A stretch of DNA of 33,624 nt from Bacilli bacterium (GTDB lineage Bacteria; Bacillota_I; Bacilli_A; RF39; UBA660). Where the stretch lies: contig JAFTYN010000143.1 in assembly GCA_017461465.1 (NCBI GenBank), positions 1-33,624 on the forward strand. The letters run 5' to 3'. Shown in pieces: positions 8,969 through 17,206 of this stretch. The notes beneath the pieces were generated by a model that saw only the letters and a list, made by a program, of their open reading frames with translations, was not told the DNA's origin and made no database searches. Each line of letters starts with the position of its first letter. Position 1 is the stretch's first letter. The position numbers were made by a program, and so were the translations under genes.

Positions 8969-9907
8969 ATGGAACTAATAACAATAATAGTACCTATCTA
9001 TAATGTAAAACCATATTTATCAAGATGTATAGAAAGTATCATTAATCAAGATTATAAAAAGTTAGAAATTATACTTGTTGATGATGGTTCTAATGATGGT
9101 TCAAGTGAACTATGTGATGAATATGCAAAAAAAGATAAAAGAATAAAAGTAATTCATCAAAAAAATAGCGGAATAAGTATTGCAAGAAATGTCGCTACTG
9201 ATTTAGCAAAAGGCAAATATATAGCCTATGTAGATAGTGATGATTATATAGAATTAGATTACATAAGCTATTTATATAAATTAATTAAAGACAACAAAGC
9301 AGATATTTCAGCATGCGCGCATAATAAACATCGTTATATAGAAGCTGTTTATGAAAAAGATGAATTATATCCTGCACTATTAACTAGTAAAATTGCATTT
9401 TCTTCATGGTCCAAATTAGTAAAGACTTCAGTTATGAGAGATAACAATGTATATTTTCCGGATAATGAAATATATGAAGATCAAAAATGGATATATAACC
9501 TACTTAATTACACTAATAGGGTAGCAGTAGGGTCATTATCTAAATACCATTATACATATAGACCTAATAGTATATTTAATACTAATACAACTAAAAATAA
9601 AGAGTCTTTAGTTCAAAGATTATGTGAAATGCATGAATTTATAAAAGAAAATCACTCAGAATATTCCGATTTATCTTATATACGTTATTTAAGAGAACTA
9701 ACATATAATTTTTTATCATTCGCAAGAGTAAAAGAATTAAAAGAGTTAAGAAAAAAAATGTATAAACTAATAAAAAAAGATAGAAATAAAATAATACTAA
9801 AAAAAGAAGTTAACTTATTTCTAAGACTAGAGTTATTAGTAAGCTATTTTGGATGGCATATATTTAGTCTTTATAATTATATTTTATTTCCTGTATATAA
9901 AGGATAA
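8969..9907 (+). CDS. Family 2 (GT-A) glycosyltransferase
   Basis: IIVPIYNVKPYLSRCIESIINQDY...LVDDGSNDGS...YVDSDDYI are the canonical GT2 N-terminal motifs, including DxD. Confidence 0.85.
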   Translation: MELITIIVPIYNVKPYLSRCIESIINQDYKKLEIILVDDGSNDGSSELCDEYAKKDKRIKVIHQKNSGISIARNVATDLAKGKYIAYVDSDDYIELDYISYLYKLIKDNKADISACAHNKHRYIEAVYEKDELYPALLTSKIAFSSWSKLVKTSVMRDNNVYFPDNEIYEDQKWIYNLLNYTNRVAVGSLSKYHYTYRPNSIFNTNTTKNKESLVQRLCEMHEFIKENHSEYSDLSYIRYLRELTYNFLSFARVKELKELRKKMYKLIKKDRNKIILKKEVNLFLRLELLVSYFGWHIFSLYNYILFPVYKG

Positions 9908-9909
9908 TT

Positions 9910-10851
9910 ATGACAGAAAAAATAAGTGTAATTATATCAGTATATAATACCAAAAAGTATTTAAAAAAGTGTTTAGAAAGTATTATAAAAGATGATTATA
10001 AAGATTTAGAAATATTAGTAATAGATGATCATTCAGAAGAAAGTTCTTTTGATTTAATAGAAAAAATAAATGATAAGCGAATAAAATATATATATAAAGA
10101 AAAAAATGTTGGACTTTCAATAATAAAACAATATGGTTTAGATATTGCGAAAGGTAAATATGTTATTTTTATTGATAGTGATGATTATATTGAAAAAAAT
10201 TCAATAAAAAGAATGTATGATAATATAAAAAAATACAAAGCTGATATATCAATATGTGACATGGTATATGTATATCCTAAAAAAAAGTATAAATTTACTA
10301 AAAATAAAGTAGTAAAATTATTTAATAGAAAAGAAGCTATGAAAGCATTATATTTAGATAGAGGTATAACTTTCTCTTTATCTAATAAATTGTTTAAAAA
10401 AGAATTATTTAAATGTTTATATATAAATGATATAAAACTAGCAGAGGATAATAACATTATTTATAAGGTTTTTGATAGGGTTAATAAAGCTGTTTATGAT
10501 CCATTTGGAGGATATTATTATGTTCAAAGAAAAGATAGTGTTTCTCATCAATCAAAGATAGATAATTATAGAATTAAAAGTAATAAGAAAGCTATTTCTT
10601 TTCTAGAAAAAAGATACCGAGATACTTATTGTTATGGAATTAATATTTATATATTATCTTTAATGGGGGCGTACTCTAGAACAAGTGATAATAAATATTA
10701 TGAAGAAATAAAGAATTATAAAAAAAGTATGAAGTTTAGTGCTTTATCTTTTGAAAGAAAAATTCAATTTATTATACTAATAATTAATAAAAAACTATAT
10801 TTAAAAGTAATGAATAAATATTATAGCTATGTAAATAAAAGATATAATTAA
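9910..10851 (+). CDS. Family 2 (GT-A) glycosyltransferase, paralogue of the preceding gene
   Basis: ISVIISVYNTKKYLKKCLESIIKDDY...VIDDHSEE...FIDSDDYI. The start lies 2 nt after the upstream stop. Confidence 0.85.
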   Translation: MTEKISVIISVYNTKKYLKKCLESIIKDDYKDLEILVIDDHSEESSFDLIEKINDKRIKYIYKEKNVGLSIIKQYGLDIAKGKYVIFIDSDDYIEKNSIKRMYDNIKKYKADISICDMVYVYPKKKYKFTKNKVVKLFNRKEAMKALYLDRGITFSLSNKLFKKELFKCLYINDIKLAEDNNIIYKVFDRVNKAVYDPFGGYYYVQRKDSVSHQSKIDNYRIKSNKKAISFLEKRYRDTYCYGINIYILSLMGAYSRTSDNKYYEEIKNYKKSMKFSALSFERKIQFIILIINKKLYLKVMNKYYSYVNKRYN

Positions 10852-10907
10852 TAATATTTACAAATTATAGTTAATGTGGTAAACTACTTGAAGTTGGTGG
10901 TGATAAT

Positions 10908-11090
10908 ATGGTTAAAATCAATTATATATCATCTAGTTTTAAACTAAATAGTAATTTACAAGGTAAAGTAAAACCTATTTCTAAAATTTCTAAAACGAAA
11001 GATAAACCAAAGGATGAGAATAATAATTATCTTTATGCTTTCATGAAGGAATTAGAAGAAAAAGGGAAACATTTTGATAAAAGAATTTGA
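10908..11090 (+). CDS. Small Lys-rich hypothetical protein (60 aa)
   Basis: GGTGGTGA RBS 4 nt before the ATG. The sequence is low-complexity and hydrophilic, with no recognisable family. The stop overlaps the first bases of the T-box leader. Confidence 0.4.
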   Translation: MVKINYISSSFKLNSNLQGKVKPISKISKTKDKPKDENNNYLYAFMKELEEKGKHFDKRI

Positions 11091-11284
11091 TAGTGATAAA
11101 TAATAGTAGTTATTAATCTAGTAATTAGAAAATTAGTGGTGATGAAAACTAATCAAGGATTATTAATGAAGTTACATATTTTGAATCAAATACGTTAACT
11201 GCGTTAAAGTTTGAGTGCATAGATTTCTATGAAATAAGGTGGTACCGCGTATATACGTCCTTATATTTATAGGAATCTTTTTTT
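11086..11284 (+). promoter_or_regulatory. T-box riboswitch leader, probable Tyr (UAC) specifier
   Basis: Elements seen:
- conserved T-box sequence AAGGTGGTACCGCG at 11236-11249
- stem I with a GA/K-turn region (TGATAGTGA), an AGAAA bulge and a distal loop GGTGATGAAA
- UAC followed by A at 11173-11176, just 5' of the lower-helix 3' strand
- a weak terminator hairpin at 11258-11274 followed by T7. Confidence 0.85.
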
Positions 11285-11294
11285 GGAGGTAAAT

Positions 11295-11933
11295 ATGGAA
11301 AATATAAAAAGAATTATATTTGATTTAGATAATACTCTAGTGCTTTGGAAGGATGAATATACTAGTGCACTAAAAAAAGCTATAAAAGATCATGATGTTA
11401 AATGTGATTATAGAGATATTGATGCAATACTTGAAAGCCAAGAAAAATTACATGAAGTTCTTACAAAAGAACAGTTCTTAGAAGATATTAATAATGGTTG
11501 TAATCTTAACTTAACAATAGAATTTATAGATAGTATTTTAGAATATCAAAAAGAATTAGTTGTAAAAAATGATACTGATTTAATTGAAACAATAGAGTAT
11601 TTAAGTAATAAATATGAACTAGTGCTTTTAACTAACTGGTTTAAAGACACGCAAAAGGGAAGATTAGAAAATGCTGGAATTCTAAAATATTTTAAAGAAG
11701 TACATGGTGGAGATGAAGGAAGAATTAAACCGCATAAAGATAGTTTTAAAAGAGCAATAGGAAATCATACTAAAGAAGAATGTATTATGATAGGAGATAG
11801 TGACTATCATGATATACAAGGAGCTTTAACATTTGGTATCAAAGTTATTAAATGCGATTATAAAGATGAAGTAAAAGAAAAATTAGATTATCCAGTTATA
11901 AAAAATATAAGGGAATTAATGGATTTATTATAG
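11295..11933 (+). CDS. HAD-superfamily hydrolase (phosphatase-like)
   Basis: Four HAD motifs are present: I FDLDNTL, II LLTNW, III KPHKDSF and IV IGDSDYHDIQGA. GGAGG lies 5 nt before the ATG at 11295. Confidence 0.85.
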   Translation: MENIKRIIFDLDNTLVLWKDEYTSALKKAIKDHDVKCDYRDIDAILESQEKLHEVLTKEQFLEDINNGCNLNLTIEFIDSILEYQKELVVKNDTDLIETIEYLSNKYELVLLTNWFKDTQKGRLENAGILKYFKEVHGGDEGRIKPHKDSFKRAIGNHTKEECIMIGDSDYHDIQGALTFGIKVIKCDYKDEVKEKLDYPVIKNIRELMDLL

Positions 11934-11941
11934 GAGGATTT

Positions 11942-12700
11942 ATGGAATTAAATAGTTATATTGATCATACAAATCTAAAAAAGGATGCTTTAATTGAAGA
12001 TATTGAAAAATTATGTGAAGAAGCTATGAAATATCATTTTGCTTCTGTATGTGTATATCCATATTTTGTTAAAGCAGTTTCAGAATATTTAAAGGGATCT
12101 AACGTTGAAATTTGTACAGTAGTAGGTTTTCCTAATGGTATGAATACTACTAATGTAAAAGTATATGAAGCTATAGATGCTATTGAAAATGGAGCAACTG
12201 AAATAGATATGGTTATTAATATTTCTGCTTTAAAGAATAAGGAATATGATTATATTAAAAATGAAATAGAAGAAATAAGAGATGCTATTGGTGGTAAGAC
12301 ACTTAAAGTTATCATTGAAACATGTTTACTAACAGATGAAGAAATAGTAAAAATGACAGAAATATGTAATGATACTTTTGTTAATTTTATTAAAACATCT
12401 ACTGGATTTGATAAAGAAGGAGCAAAAGTTGAAGATATAGAACTTATTAATAAACATAAAGGAGCAGTACTTGAAATAAAAGCTTCTGGTGGTATTAGAG
12501 ATATTGAAACAGCTGAAGCTATGATAAAAGCCGGCGCTACTAGAATTGGAACTAGTAGTGGAGTAAAATTAATGAATATAGAAGAAAAGGAAGAAAAAGA
12601 ATGCAACTGTAATCATGAAAAACATAACTGTAAATGTAATCATGAACACAAACATGAACATCATGAATGTAAATGTAAAAATAAAGGTGAGGAGGAATAA
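11942..12700 (+). CDS. deoC: Deoxyribose-phosphate aldolase with a His/Cys-rich C-terminal tail of about 40 aa
   Basis: IDHTNLK...ASVCV...VVGFPNG...EIDMVIN...KVIIET...FIKTSTGF...KASGGIR is the class I DERA pattern, including the Schiff-base Lys context. The tail reads IEEKEEKECNCNHEKHNCKCNHEHKHEHHECKCKNKGEEE. Confidence 0.9.
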   Translation: MELNSYIDHTNLKKDALIEDIEKLCEEAMKYHFASVCVYPYFVKAVSEYLKGSNVEICTVVGFPNGMNTTNVKVYEAIDAIENGATEIDMVINISALKNKEYDYIKNEIEEIRDAIGGKTLKVIIETCLLTDEEIVKMTEICNDTFVNFIKTSTGFDKEGAKVEDIELINKHKGAVLEIKASGGIRDIETAEAMIKAGATRIGTSSGVKLMNIEEKEEKECNCNHEKHNCKCNHEHKHEHHECKCKNKGEEE

Positions 12701-12701
12701 T

Positions 12702-13928
12702 ATGAAATTATTTGATGAATTAAAATGGCGTGGACTTATAAAAGATATTACTAGTCCAGAACTAGAAGAAAAACTTAATGCTGGTGGAATGACTTTTTAT
12801 ATAGGAACTGATCCAACTGCAGATTCTATGCATATTGGTCATCTATCTAGCTTCTTAATTTCAAAAAGATTAGCAGATGCAGGTCATCATCCAATCCTTC
12901 TAATTGGAGGCGCAACTGGAAGAATTGGTGATCCTAGACCAACAAGCGAAAGAGAAATGAAATCAATTGAAGAAATTGAAAAAAATATAGTAGGACTTAC
13001 TAAACAAGCTAAAGATTTATTTGGATTTGAAGTTGTAAATAACTATGACTGGTCTAAAGATATAAACTTTATGGATTTTTTAAGAGATTATGGAAAATAC
13101 TTTAATGTTAATTACATGCTTGATAAAGATATCATAAGAAGAAGATTGGAAACAGGGATAACTTATACTGAATTTTCATATATGATTATGCAAGCTTTAG
13201 ATTTTTACCATTTATACAAAACAAAAGGATGTACACTTCAAGTAGCAGGTTCTGATCAGTGGGGAAATATAACAGCAGGTGTAGATTTAATTAGAAAAAA
13301 AGCAGGAGCAGAAGCTTATGCATTTACTATGCCACTTGTAACAGATTCAACAGGTAAAAAATTTGGCAAGAGTGAAGGAAATGCACTATGGCTTGATAAA
13401 AATAAAACATCAAGTTATGAAATTTATCAATTTTTAATAAATGCAGAAGATAGCAAAATCATAGATTATTTAAAAATATACACATTCTTATCTAAAGAAG
13501 AAATAGAAAGAATAGAAAAAGAACACTTTGAAAAACCAGAACTTCGTTTAGCACAAAAAGAACTTGCTAAGGGAGTAATCACATTCTTACATGGTTCTGA
13601 AGAATATGAAAAAGCAGTTAAAATAAGTGAAGCTTTATTTAGTGGTAATATTAAAGAATTATCTTTAAAAGATATTAAAGAAGGATTCAAAGATGTACCT
13701 ACTATCGAAATAAAAGAAGAACAAACATTAATAGATTTATTAGTTAATAATAATATATGTTCATCAAGAAGAGAAGCAAGAGAATTTTTAAATGCTGGTT
13801 CAATAACTATAAATGGTGATAAATTTACTGATGAAAATATGATGATAACTAAAGAAATTGCTATTGAAAAAGAAGTATTAGTAGTAAGAAGAGGTAAGAA
13901 GAAAAACTACCTAGTTAAATTTATTTAA
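12702..13928 (+). CDS. tyrS: Tyrosine--tRNA ligase
   Basis: HIGH motif (SMHIGHL), KMSKS-type motif (KFGKSEG) and a C-terminal S4-like domain. The ATG at 12702 lies 6 nt after GGAGG and 1 nt after the deoC stop. Confidence 0.95.
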   Translation: MKLFDELKWRGLIKDITSPELEEKLNAGGMTFYIGTDPTADSMHIGHLSSFLISKRLADAGHHPILLIGGATGRIGDPRPTSEREMKSIEEIEKNIVGLTKQAKDLFGFEVVNNYDWSKDINFMDFLRDYGKYFNVNYMLDKDIIRRRLETGITYTEFSYMIMQALDFYHLYKTKGCTLQVAGSDQWGNITAGVDLIRKKAGAEAYAFTMPLVTDSTGKKFGKSEGNALWLDKNKTSSYEIYQFLINAEDSKIIDYLKIYTFLSKEEIERIEKEHFEKPELRLAQKELAKGVITFLHGSEEYEKAVKISEALFSGNIKELSLKDIKEGFKDVPTIEIKEEQTLIDLLVNNNICSSRREAREFLNAGSITINGDKFTDENMMITKEIAIEKEVLVVRRGKKKNYLVKFI

Positions 13929-13955
13929 AATGACTTTTATAAGTCATTTTTTTTG
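13929..13955 (+). terminator. Rho-independent terminator after tyrS
   Basis: AATGACTT (13929-13936) pairs with AAGTCATT (13941-13948), then a T-run. Confidence 0.85.
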
Positions 13956-14001
13956 TTATTTTGGTATAACTAAAAGTCATACCCCTAAAGAGGATTTTTT
14001 A

Positions 14002-14030
14002 TAGACATTTATCACCTTTTATACTATAAT
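14002..14030 (+). promoter_or_regulatory. Sigma-A-type promoter for lon
   Basis: TAGACA (14002-14007), 17-nt spacer, TATAAT (14025-14030). Confidence 0.6.
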
Positions 14031-14056
14031 AAGTGGCGATTTGGGAGGGAGGCAAC

Positions 14057-16378
14057 ATGATGAAAAAAGACTTACCAGTTATCCTTTTAAAAGGCATTAT
14101 TTTGCTTCCAAATAACGAACTTAAATTTGAGATAGATGGCGAAACAAGTAGAAATATTATAGATATAGCAGAGATGTTTCATAATAATAAAATACTTGTT
14201 GTAAGTCAGTTTAATCCATTAGAAGAAGCTCCTAAAATATCGGAATTACCAAAAATAGGTGTTATTGCTAAAATAACGCATAAAATGGAACTACCTAATG
14301 GAAAAATAAGAATGATATTAAAAGCACAAACACGTGCAAGAATATATGAATATTTAAATAGTAAAATTGATAGCGGGATACTTGAAGCAATTATTAGTGA
14401 ATTAGAACCTAATGAGATTGATGAAAGTGAAAATGAATTATTAATAAAAAAATTAACAAAAGAAATAGAAAACTATATAAGAAAAGTTCCTTATATGAGT
14501 AATAGCTTTGTTAATGAAATGAATAACTGTAAAAGTTTAGATAAAATGACAGATATTATAGCTCCTAATTTGCCAATAGAGTTTAGTAGATTAGTAATGT
14601 ACTTAACTGAAATATCTTCAGTAGTGCGTATGGAAATGATTCTAGAAGATATTTATAAAGAAATAGAAATGGTAAATATTGAAAATGAACTTGATATGAA
14701 AGTTCGTTTAGAACTAGAACAAAATCAAAGAGAATATTTATTAAAAGAAAAAATAAAACATATGAAAGAAGAACTTGGTGAAGCACCTTTAAAAGAAACT
14801 GAAATAGATGAAATAAAAGATAAAATATCTAAATTAGAATTAACACCAAGTATGAAGCAAAAAGTAGAAAAAGAAATTAGAAAATATGAAACACTTCCAA
14901 TAACAAGTCCAGAACTTAGCATGTGTAAATCTTATATTGATTGGATTATAGATTTACCTTGGAATAACTTTACAAAAGATAATGATGACTTAAAAAAAGC
15001 AAGAAATATTTTAGATGAATCTCATTTTGGTTTAGAAGAAGTAAAATTAAGAATCATAGAATATTTAGCAGTAAAACAAACTACTAACAGTTTAAAAGGA
15101 CCAATAATTTGTTTAGTAGGTCCACCTGGAGTAGGTAAAACATCACTTGCATCTTCAATAGCAAAAGCAGTTAATCGTAATTTTGTTAAGATTTCAGTAG
15201 GTGGTATTCATGATGAAGCAGAAATAAGAGGACATAGAAAAACTTATTTAGGTGCAAACCCAGGTAGAATTATTATAGGAATGAAGAAAGCAAAAAGTTC
15301 AAACCCAGTATTCTTAATAGATGAAATAGATAAGATTACAGCTGATATCAAAGGAGATCCAGCAAGTGCTTTATTAGAAGTATTAGATCCTAGCCAAAAT
15401 AAGAACTTTAGTGATAATTTTATTGAAGAAGATTATGATTTATCTAATGTTATGTTTGTAGCAACTGCTAATCATGTAGAAAATATTCCAGAAGCCTTAA
15501 AAGATAGATTAGAGATAGTAGAACTTTCTGGATATACAGAACTAGAAAAAATTGACATAGCAAAAAAATATTTAATACCTAAAATTTGTGAAGAACATGG
15601 AATAGTAAAGCAAAGTATATTTTTTGAAGAAGATGCAATTATAGAAATTATAAGAAGTTATACAAGAGAAGCTGGTGTACGTGAACTTGAAAGACAAATC
15701 TCAAAAATTGTAAGAAAAATAGTAACTTCTATAGTGACAACAAAGATTAAAGTTGGTAAACTAAATATTACAAAAGATAATTTGAATAAATATTTGGGGT
15801 TACCAAAATATCATTTAATTTCTAATAATGAAAGTGTAGTAGGTGTAGTAAATGGTCTTGCATATACTAATTATGGTGGAGATACTATTCAAATAGAGGT
15901 AAACCATTATAAAGGTACAGGTAAGTTAGAATTAACAGGCTCACTTGGAGAAGTTATGAAAGAATCAGCTTCTATAGCACTTTCTTATATAAAAGCTAAT
16001 TATGACAAATTTAATATAAATTATGATGAAATAATTAATAGTGATATACATATTCATGTTCCTGAAGGTGCGGTACCAAAGGATGGTCCAAGTGCAGGCC
16101 TTGCTTTAACAACAGCGCTAATTAGTTCATTTACAAATTTAAAAGTAAGTTCTAGAATAGCAATGACAGGTGAAATAACATTAAGAGGTTTAGCACTTCC
16201 AATAGGTGGTCTAAAAGAAAAAAGTATAGGAGCAAATAGAAAAGATATAGAAACAGTATTTATACCATTTGGTAATATTGGAGATTTAGAAATTATTCCT
16301 GATGAAATTAAAAATAAAATAACTTTTATCCCAATTAAAGACTATATAGAAATTTATAATTATCTTAGAAAGGATTAA
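14057..16378 (+). CDS. lon: ATP-dependent protease Lon (LonA, endopeptidase La)
   Basis: Lon N-domain, AAA+ Walker A GPPGVGKTS, Walker B FLIDEIDK and the protease Ser in PKDGPSAG. A GGGAGGGAGG RBS precedes the ATGs at 14057 and 14060. Confidence 0.95.
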   Translation: MMKKDLPVILLKGIILLPNNELKFEIDGETSRNIIDIAEMFHNNKILVVSQFNPLEEAPKISELPKIGVIAKITHKMELPNGKIRMILKAQTRARIYEYLNSKIDSGILEAIISELEPNEIDESENELLIKKLTKEIENYIRKVPYMSNSFVNEMNNCKSLDKMTDIIAPNLPIEFSRLVMYLTEISSVVRMEMILEDIYKEIEMVNIENELDMKVRLELEQNQREYLLKEKIKHMKEELGEAPLKETEIDEIKDKISKLELTPSMKQKVEKEIRKYETLPITSPELSMCKSYIDWIIDLPWNNFTKDNDDLKKARNILDESHFGLEEVKLRIIEYLAVKQTTNSLKGPIICLVGPPGVGKTSLASSIAKAVNRNFVKISVGGIHDEAEIRGHRKTYLGANPGRIIIGMKKAKSSNPVFLIDEIDKITADIKGDPASALLEVLDPSQNKNFSDNFIEEDYDLSNVMFVATANHVENIPEALKDRLEIVELSGYTELEKIDIAKKYLIPKICEEHGIVKQSIFFEEDAIIEIIRSYTREAGVRELERQISKIVRKIVTSIVTTKIKVGKLNITKDNLNKYLGLPKYHLISNNESVVGVVNGLAYTNYGGDTIQIEVNHYKGTGKLELTGSLGEVMKESASIALSYIKANYDKFNINYDEIINSDIHIHVPEGAVPKDGPSAGLALTTALISSFTNLKVSSRIAMTGEITLRGLALPIGGLKEKSIGANRKDIETVFIPFGNIGDLEIIPDEIKNKITFIPIKDYIEIYNYLRKD

Positions 16379-16380
16379 TT

Positions 16381-17157
16381 ATGTTTAAAAGAAAAATAAC
16401 AGTTCCGACATATACAGAAGAAGACTTACAAAGATATTTAAATAAGAAACGTTTAGAGTGTGTAGTCTTTACAGGTATAAAAGATATAAATATGGATGAA
16501 GAAGGAATTAAATATTTACATTCACAAGCATTTTTTGACGAATTAACAAATTTAGTAGCGCGTAATACACTAAAAGAATTTTTAAATCCTAACATAAAGA
16601 AAAGTATTTATGATTATTTATGGTATTTAAGAGAGAATAAACAAACAAGTTCTAAAACAGAAAGAGAAATATTAATAGAAGATATTAATGAAATGATATC
16701 AGCTTTAAATTCTGCTGGTTCAAGAGGAGCATTTGATTTTTATAAAAGAGAATATATTAAAAGATGTGCTTTAAAAGAAGGAAAATTAACTAGTTTTGTA
16801 TTAGATGAAGAAAGATTATCTCCAATGATAGAATTAATAGAATATTCATTGGCAGCAGATTATGATATTATTTCAGGAATACTTATAGATGATGAAATAA
16901 CTTTTAGAGAAGATGTAGTTTCAGACTGTTTAATAGATCATTATACAATTAATACATTAAATGCTCTATTTAAAGAATTTCCAGCCTTATATAGTAATAA
17001 AGAATTTTTAGAAAGAGCTAAATTTATATTAATAAATTCTAAGAATTTAATTGAAGGAGTAGACTGTGATTATGAACTTTCACCTGATGATGAAATAGAT
17101 AAAGAACTTCCAGTTAGAACAGATAAAACTTTAATTAAATTAAATAGTATAAAGTAG
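16381..17157 (+). CDS. Hypothetical protein, 258 aa, start 2 nt after the lon stop
   Basis: Long ORF with typical codon usage, tightly coupled to lon. No GTPase or other motif recognised. Confidence 0.7.
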   Translation: MFKRKITVPTYTEEDLQRYLNKKRLECVVFTGIKDINMDEEGIKYLHSQAFFDELTNLVARNTLKEFLNPNIKKSIYDYLWYLRENKQTSSKTEREILIEDINEMISALNSAGSRGAFDFYKREYIKRCALKEGKLTSFVLDEERLSPMIELIEYSLAADYDIISGILIDDEITFREDVVSDCLIDHYTINTLNALFKEFPALYSNKEFLERAKFILINSKNLIEGVDCDYELSPDDEIDKELPVRTDKTLIKLNSIK

Positions 17158-17181
17158 ATAAGTATATTATCTACTTTTTTT
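17154..17181 (+). terminator. Rho-independent terminator
   Basis: GTAGATAA (17154-17161) pairs with TTATCTAC (17168-17175), then T7. Confidence 0.8.
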
Positions 17182-17206
17182 AATATACTTTTATAGGAGG
17201 AATAAT

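Noticed and set aside
12615-12701. N-terminal extension of tyrS (MKNITVNVIMNTNMNIMNVNVKIKVRRNN) implied by the tracked ORF start.
   Set aside because: It is an out-of-frame reading of the deoC His/Cys tail. It has no RBS, whereas the ATG at 12702 has GGAGG upstream and gives the canonical TyrRS N-terminus MKLFDELKWRGL.
17162-17191. Sigma-E-like promoter (ATATT ... ATACTTT) upstream of spoVID, and a CATATATT element (24089-24096, minus strand) upstream of sigK.
   Set aside because: Both candidate -10 elements end only a few nucleotides from the RBS, so the predicted TSS would fall on or after the Shine-Dalgarno sequence. In DNA this AT-rich the matches are expected by chance.
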